DNA of 64,000 bases from a virus. The stretch lies in the IMG/VR virus record IMGVR_UViG_3300044742_000232, positions 1 to 64,000 of that record; one strand, written 5' to 3'. The stretch's first letter is position 1, and the number at the start of each line of letters is the position of its first letter. Below the pieces are notes generated by a model. That model saw only the letters and a list, made by a program, of their open reading frames with translations. It was not told the DNA's origin and ran no database searches. Both the position numbers and the translations under genes were made by a program. Below are positions 58,490 through 64,000 of the stretch, one piece after another.

Positions 58490-59863
58490 TCACATAAGAT
58501 GTTGAACGAGGAACTTTCTGTAATAAACGTTTGAATCTACTACGATTGTGCCACCACCAGCAGTTAGACCTTGAGCGAATGGGTTAGCAGTCATACCATA
58601 ACGTGTCTTGAATCCGACCCGAGGTGTGAATGAATCTGGACGAACCGCATTCATTAGCTGTAGAGGAACGTAGGGGCAATAGAAGATACCAGCATCAAAA
58701 GCTGACTGTCCTTTATAGCCGACGTTGATATACTGGCCACCTGAAGAGTATGGATCAATGAAACACTTAATCTTTCCGTTCAGGACACCAATAAAGGTAG
58801 AACCTGTATCGTCTGGATTTAGGTTATTTTGTAGAGCAGGCGTATAATCAAGAACCTGTGCAGCTTGTAGAGCGGAAGCTACGTCCGAAGTCATAATGGC
58901 AATATTGCCTTTCCCTCTACGGGTAGACTTCGCTAGAGCGTTACATTCACGATCTAGTTGATACATTAGACCTTTCCATTTCTCAACGGACCAACGGCCA
59001 TTTGAGTCGGTATCAAGATCAAAGAAACCAGCAGTTGTAGTGTCTTCCTGACAACCAACTGTAGCAGCTAGGTTGACGGTGCGAACAACTTCACGATTGA
59101 TTTCCGCAAGGATTTCAGTTGAAAGAATGTTGATAAGTTCAGCGCGAGCATCCATACCATGAACTGCTTTCAAGTCTTGTGCGAGTTCTAGCGTGTATTC
59201 CGCAGCTAGCGCACGAGTTTTGGCAGTAACAGTATTTTTCTCAATGCTGAAAGCCATCTGAGCAAAATCAGAGTTAGAATCAGTTCCCAACGCTTCACCT
59301 TGCGCTGTTGACATTGCACCACCGTAGTTGTAGATGCCGGTCGCAGCGAGGTTTGAAACAGCAGTTGAGTTACCAGGGAGTGATCCAACATGCTTCAAGC
59401 CAAGGGTGTTAGCGCCAGAAAGGATTGAGCTAAACATCGTGTTGACTTCGTTATAAAAAGTCTCTGAACCAGTCTGGTTAGTATACCGAGAACGCATCGC
59501 AAAGATAAGACCAGTTGGACCTGTCATAGGCTGAACGCCAACAATGTCATAGGCAACTAGATTAGGAGCGGCACGTCTAACCATTGAGATTAGAATTGGG
59601 TCAAAGGTGTCAATTGCACCTGTTGAAGGATCGGAGCTAGAACCAGCCATCATGTTTACAGGAATGGCGGCTTCGTCCAATCTCATGTTCTGTGGAATGT
59701 GAACACGATCCTCACTAAGAGCCTGTTGAGTATTTTCCAACATAATCGCGGTACACATTGCGCGATGGTTGTCCCGAATCTTGGGCATCTCCTTATGATT
59801 AAGGATACCATCCCATTTTTGCTTCAGTAGTTCCATTTCATTTAACATTCTCTTCTGAGACAT
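58490..59863 (-). CDS. 23: Major capsid protein gp23
   Basis: GVQPMTGPTGLIFAMR, TRALAAEYTLELAQDLKAVHG, FYCPYVPL, GFKTRYG. Confidence 0.98.
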   Translation of the reverse strand: MSQKRMLNEMELLKQKWDGILNHKEMPKIRDNHRAMCTAIMLENTQQALSEDRVHIPQNMRLDEAAIPVNMMAGSSSDPSTGAIDTFDPILISMVRRAAPNLVAYDIVGVQPMTGPTGLIFAMRSRYTNQTGSETFYNEVNTMFSSILSGANTLGLKHVGSLPGNSTAVSNLAATGIYNYGGAMSTAQGEALGTDSNSDFAQMAFSIEKNTVTAKTRALAAEYTLELAQDLKAVHGMDARAELINILSTEILAEINREVVRTVNLAATVGCQEDTTTAGFFDLDTDSNGRWSVEKWKGLMYQLDRECNALAKSTRRGKGNIAIMTSDVASALQAAQVLDYTPALQNNLNPDDTGSTFIGVLNGKIKCFIDPYSSGGQYINVGYKGQSAFDAGIFYCPYVPLQLMNAVRPDSFTPRVGFKTRYGMTANPFAQGLTAGGGTIVVDSNVYYRKFLVQHLM

Positions 59864-59896
59864 TTATTATAACTCCTAATTGGTCTTTCTTAGTTT

Positions 59897-59903
59897 TATT
59901 TAG
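59897..59903 (-). promoter_or_regulatory. Late promoter CTAAATA (gene 23)
   Basis: About 33 nt upstream of the start, before an AGGAG RBS. Confidence 0.75.
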
Positions 59904-59923
59904 AAATTCTATTTTTTCAACAG

Positions 59924-60985
59924 TTATCGTTTGATCATATGAGACAGAGTCTTGGCATATACATCCATTACTGGGTCTAGCTTCTTCTCTTCCTCAGTAT
60001 CGTTTTCAATAACGTCTTCCTGAAGAATACCAGTTGATTTGTCACCTTTTGTTGGGAAATACTTATTCTTTACAACAAGTAGTTTCCGCTCAAAAGTTTC
60101 TGGGGTTTCAAAATCGATTCCCTCAACAAGTGTCTTGAATTTCTCTTTTTGAGTAAGAACAAGACCTTCAGTCATTCTATTAATAAGTTCTTCTTTATCA
60201 ACAGATTCTAGACGCTCGGCTAGTTCTAGGTTCTGATTGATTGCGTCATTGAGTTGAGCTTCTAGAGCTTCAACTTTCTCGCCAAGAGCTTCAATGACAT
60301 CTACTTTGTCATCAGGAAACTCAATGTTGTGGTTATGGAGAACTTCTTTTAGATCATAAACCAACTCTTCCATGATTTCTGATTTGAGAGTTGATTCAAT
60401 CGCAACTTCGTTTTCTTGAACCCAAGCTTCTGTGATATAATCAAGATACTGGTCCAATTGTTCAGTTAGCGTTGTAAGAGCTTCGTCAACTTGTGCGTCG
60501 GCCTCTTCCTGTAGCTCTTCTCTCATCTTCTCACGCTCAAGAGCAACGCGAGTGGAAAGAGCGGCTTCAAAAATAGTTTCGGCTTTCTCTCTGAATTCAT
60601 CGGAGAGTTCTGTCTCGCCGCCGAAAATTTCTGTGATAGCTTCTTTGATGCTTTCTGTCATACCAGCTGAAGCAAAAGAAGGCTTCATTGCAAGAGTTCC
60701 AGCATTATGAGCAGCAGCACTATCGGGAATATTTTGAGCTTCTTGGCCGATCATCTGAAGCATCTGATCAAGGCAGTTGATAGCCATATCCTGAGGCATA
60801 ATACCAATTAGATTGACAGCCATTTTCATAGCTTCCATTTTATTGGAAGGCTTCATTGCGATGCTTGCTGCATTATCAGAAGCTTGGTCTTCGTCAACCG
60901 TGTCTTCAACATTCTCAATTTCATCGTCATCAAGAACTTCGTCTTCTATTAAAGTTTCTTTCTTTACCATTTTCTTTCTAGCCAT
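59924..60985 (-). CDS. 22: Prohead core scaffold gp22
   Basis: Acidic coiled coil; LSDEF..KA..IFEAA, YLDY..E.W..EN. Confidence 0.93.
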   Translation of the reverse strand: MARKKMVKKETLIEDEVLDDDEIENVEDTVDEDQASDNAASIAMKPSNKMEAMKMAVNLIGIMPQDMAINCLDQMLQMIGQEAQNIPDSAAAHNAGTLAMKPSFASAGMTESIKEAITEIFGGETELSDEFREKAETIFEAALSTRVALEREKMREELQEEADAQVDEALTTLTEQLDQYLDYITEAWVQENEVAIESTLKSEIMEELVYDLKEVLHNHNIEFPDDKVDVIEALGEKVEALEAQLNDAINQNLELAERLESVDKEELINRMTEGLVLTQKEKFKTLVEGIDFETPETFERKLLVVKNKYFPTKGDKSTGILQEDVIENDTEEEKKLDPVMDVYAKTLSHMIKR

Positions 60986-61019
60986 GTTTATTTACAACTC
61001 CTGAACGAATACTATGTGT

Positions 61020-61026
61020 TATTTAG
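61020..61026 (-). promoter_or_regulatory. Late promoter CTAAATA (gene 22)
   Basis: Motif upstream of an AGGAG RBS. Confidence 0.75.
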
Positions 61027-61032
61027 CGTTTA

Positions 61033-61911
61033 TTAGACTTCACATCTGTTTATTTGAGTGATATGATGCTGGGCTTTACTCCAGTGATGCTTGGCTTGTG
61101 CTCGGGAAACTTTAGTGGGACCATTGTGTTTTTCCCATTCCAATATTCCCTGATAAGCATTTCTATGAAAATCAAGCTGTTTCTGATGATGAGCTAGATG
61201 AACTTCTTTTCTTCCCTTTGGCCCCAAGTCATCAGACCAACCTTCTTGCTGTATGCCGTTAATATAATGAGAAAATAGTCCAAGCATCTTTTCTTCGCGC
61301 TCACGCCTTGGCATTTTCTTAACAGTTTCAGCCACTTGCTCTACATGTTTCTCCATATAAGTGCCTTTTGTAGCATCAAAAACCCATTCTACACCTTCCA
61401 TGATACCGTTTACCCAACATCCGGCGCCTGAGGGTTCAACAACACAATCAACAGTGAGAAGTTTGAAATCGTTTTGGACTTCTTGTAAACCTTTGTCATT
61501 AGGCTTTACTGAGCCAAGACCACGGGTTGACATGCCTAGTTTTCCGCCAGTTTCAATGATGTTTTTCATTAGCTTACCGGAAGCGCCTTCATCTAGGATC
61601 AAAGCCTTACCAATAACGTGATTACCATCCCATTTTAGGGAAGTAATACGATGGGAGATTTTCTCTTCATTGATTTTTGGGCCGTTTGCAGGATGCCCAA
61701 ACTCACCAAAAGCACTGCCATTGTTGACTTTATCTTTTAGAAAGCTCTCAACAATCGGCTCCATCAACGCTCTAGAATAGACTCTGTTATTGCGATTTGG
61801 AGTATCAACAGAGATATAGGGGCCAGAAACATAAAGGTGCTTCCGGCCGTCCTTTTCCTCGGTCAGATATTCCAGATCGTTAGTAACCTCAGTTATTAAG
61901 CGCAATGACAT
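61033..61911 (-). CDS. 21: Prohead protease gp21 with His-rich C-terminal extension
   Basis: LITE, NRNNRVY, GEFGHP, SHRI, GMSTRGLGS, D.V..PS. Confidence 0.95.
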   Translation of the reverse strand: MSLRLITEVTNDLEYLTEEKDGRKHLYVSGPYISVDTPNRNNRVYSRALMEPIVESFLKDKVNNGSAFGEFGHPANGPKINEEKISHRITSLKWDGNHVIGKALILDEGASGKLMKNIIETGGKLGMSTRGLGSVKPNDKGLQEVQNDFKLLTVDCVVEPSGAGCWVNGIMEGVEWVFDATKGTYMEKHVEQVAETVKKMPRREREEKMLGLFSHYINGIQQEGWSDDLGPKGRKEVHLAHHQKQLDFHRNAYQGILEWEKHNGPTKVSRAQAKHHWSKAQHHITQINRCEV

Positions 61912-61913
61912 TA

Positions 61914-62168
61914 TTATTCACTATTACCCTTGACGTTGGTTTCGATATAAGAAATAGTAAGACCGGCACCCGTGCGCTGGCCTGGACCCATAATGCGATC
62001 AGCATAATCTCTGAGGCCAGAAGCAATCATTTGACAAGCAACAAGCTCAATATTAGTGTTGCCACCGGAGCCATATTGAATTCCTGCCACGTTAGCCATA
62101 GCTGCCCACAAAGAAGCAGAAATTGTTAGAGTATTTGCACCAGTATCGGAAGTAACGACTTTAGCCAT
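61914..62168 (-). CDS. small late hypothetical protein
   Basis: CTAAATA at 62211-62217 and AAGGA RBS upstream. Confidence 0.6.
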   Translation of the reverse strand: MAKVVTSDTGANTLTISASLWAAMANVAGIQYGSGGNTNIELVACQMIASGLRDYADRIMGPGQRTGAGLTISYIETNVKGNSE

Positions 62169-62213
62169 GAATTAGAAAGTTCCTTTTTTATAGTTGTAAG
62201 TTCTGTGTTTTAT

Positions 62214-62819
62214 TTAGTCTTTATCTATATTCTTCTTGATTTTTGGAGGATTCTTGTCCTGCCATTCCCCATGATTATAGTCTCTACTCCAGGGTTTTGG
62301 TTCTTCCAGGGAGCGAGCTTTTGTTTGATAGTAAGGAGCATAAAGCGCGCGGGCGACAGGCCCATAACCTTGACGTTTTTGCTTCATTCCTTGAGCTGTT
62401 TTATAGGCTTGGTTTGCGCGCTGGTATTTGTGTAAGTGTTTCAGGGATTCTGGATCAGTCAGAGGATGCGCAATATGTATACTACGTTTTCCTTTTCTTA
62501 CTTGATTAAGGTAAGCATTATAATGTTTCTCTGTTTTCTTTGCATGTTTATCAATAGCATCGTCTAATTCATCATCATTATGTGGATTTTCAGTAAGAGA
62601 TTCGTCACGTTCTAAGTCTCTTCTGTATTTGTCTAGCGCATGTTGAGCAGCACTTTTATGACCATATGCTCTTTTCAAGTGAGCTAAGGAAGCCCCAAGA
62701 TCAGATGAGGTATGAAACAAACGACGATGATTTGTTTCTAGCTTTTGATGATATTCAGCTTTTTTCTTTTGCTTGGGGGAACCTGTTGGAAGTCCAAGTA
62801 TTTTTCGTAAAAACTGCAT
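62214..62819 (-). CDS. His/Lys-rich protein, putative internal head protein
   Basis: Central LTEN gp21-like site; located in the head cluster. Confidence 0.55.
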   Translation of the reverse strand: MQFLRKILGLPTGSPKQKKKAEYHQKLETNHRRLFHTSSDLGASLAHLKRAYGHKSAAQHALDKYRRDLERDESLTENPHNDDELDDAIDKHAKKTEKHYNAYLNQVRKGKRSIHIAHPLTDPESLKHLHKYQRANQAYKTAQGMKQKRQGYGPVARALYAPYYQTKARSLEEPKPWSRDYNHGEWQDKNPPKIKKNIDKD

Positions 62820-62826
62820 ATCATTT

Positions 62827-63183
62827 TTATGTTTGAGAAGTCATAAAGGAGTGAATCTTACCAAGCTCAACAACAACGAAAGAGTTGGTTGACATGGTAA
62901 TAACTAAACTACCGGCAGTGTCTAGATTGATAGTTCCCTGATGACCGACATAATCATGATAGCCAGATTGTGTATATCGGCCGACAACATTTGATCCGCG
63001 CAATACTGAAACCAAACCATCTGTGCCCCACCAAATACGTCTAACTGTTGCTCCCGACAGGATTTCATCACCAGTTGCAACGTTGCTAACTGAGTTGTTG
63101 CCTACGATTGTGATGCTGACATTGGAAACGGCATGGAGAGTAACAGAACTGTTCTTCCGATTTGCCATAATTCTTTCAACCAT
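62827..63183 (-). CDS. beta-rich hypothetical protein in the head gene cluster
   Basis: 118 aa, V/S/T-rich. Confidence 0.6.
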   Translation of the reverse strand: MVERIMANRKNSSVTLHAVSNVSITIVGNNSVSNVATGDEILSGATVRRIWWGTDGLVSVLRGSNVVGRYTQSGYHDYVGHQGTINLDTAGSLVITMSTNSFVVVELGKIHSFMTSQT

Positions 63184-63186
63184 TTA

Positions 63187-63963
63187 TTAACTAACGCTCC
63201 TTATGCTCCAAAAATCTGCTGACAGATCGGGATTGGTTAAGTAGGCAAAATGCAAGTAATAATAACCTTTATCACCAACACCATCACCCCATGAATTTCG
63301 GATGATAAAATGCTCGTCTTTTGTATAACCTACACACATCATAGCATGACCACCGAGAGGATCGGTGTGGGCTCCAGGCATCGGCACAAAGCCACCGTTC
63401 TTGTCACTCCAATAGAAATTCTCATAAATAGTAGAGCCAAAAACAAATGAATGCCCCGCCGCCAAGCAAGTTTTTAAGCTATACAGATCAGTGTTATTCA
63501 GTCTAAGATATGTGAGTGCTTTGTATTTCTTTGCATCAGTATAAGCTTGATGTGGTGGCTTGATTGCGAATTTTGAGATATCATAAGGCCAAACGGATTC
63601 ACGCGCAAAACCATGAGTTGCAACAGATTTGATACCATCACGAAGTTCTGCCCCGGAATCTTCTAGAGCATCGCCTTCCATTTCTCTTTCATTGTAATAG
63701 ATAAAAAGACGAGATGGTGTAAAATCAGGTAGACTCGTGTCTTTGATGCGTATAAACTCAATCATGCCAGCAATCGCTTGCGCGGTGCATGATCCGAGTT
63801 CATCTTGGTCATAAACAGGGGGACAGTGTTTGCGCAGATCAACAGACTCAGGAAGAGCAATTCGTTTTTCTAATTTAAGGTGGAAGTGTTCATATTTGTA
63901 GTCGCGAAAGTCAGGCTTATCGCGCCTCCATCCAAATTTGAACTTTGCTCTTGGTTTAGTCAT
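63187..63963 (-). CDS. Papain-like C1A cysteine peptidase
   Basis: LP.SVDLR, DQ.ELGSCTA (Gln/Cys), GGHAM..VGY (His), RNSWG (Asn). Confidence 0.93.
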   Translation of the reverse strand: MTKPRAKFKFGWRRDKPDFRDYKYEHFHLKLEKRIALPESVDLRKHCPPVYDQDELGSCTAQAIAGMIEFIRIKDTSLPDFTPSRLFIYYNEREMEGDALEDSGAELRDGIKSVATHGFARESVWPYDISKFAIKPPHQAYTDAKKYKALTYLRLNNTDLYSLKTCLAAGHSFVFGSTIYENFYWSDKNGGFVPMPGAHTDPLGGHAMMCVGYTKDEHFIIRNSWGDGVGDKGYYYLHFAYLTNPDLSADFWSIRSVS

Positions 63964-64000
63964 CTTAGTATATCTTCTTTGGGTCTTTCTTTAGTCTTCT

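Overview
A 64 kb segment of a large T4-like myovirus genome (AT-rich; an alphaproteobacterial host is a weak inference), with most core genes on the minus strand. It holds the replication/recombination core (41 helicase, uvsX, 43 polymerase, regA, 62, 44, 45, 46, 47, 55, uvsW, uvsY), tail gene 3 and head genes 23, 22 and 21. It also carries three GIY-YIG and two HNH endonucleases, one atypical tRNA-Met(CAT) and many accessory genes: two glycosyltransferase-like proteins, methyltransferases, peptide deformylase, RNA ligase, HD hydrolase, a Tad2-like protein and a papain-like protease. Best candidate for an undescribed system: a promoter-driven tandem array of seven small structured RNAs (17679-18407, minus strand) directly upstream of a DUF2828/TROVE(Ro60)-like vWA gene and near an RNA ligase. 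Each unit has a covarying 7-8 bp closing stem and a conserved U(U/A)CNGCA(A/G) motif, and several carry tRNA anticodon-arm cargo (Lys-UUU, Ser-UGA, Arg-GCG). Other notable signals: a miniature gp23 capsid paralog with a twin-arginine export signal; a probable -1 frameshift joining two putative internal head proteins; a GNAT with a T4-type capsid-targeting sequence; an AUA-initiated gp55 behind a palindromic bidirectional promoter; and a pseudoknotted ~125 nt RNA. All family assignments come from motif recognition by eye; no database searches were run.
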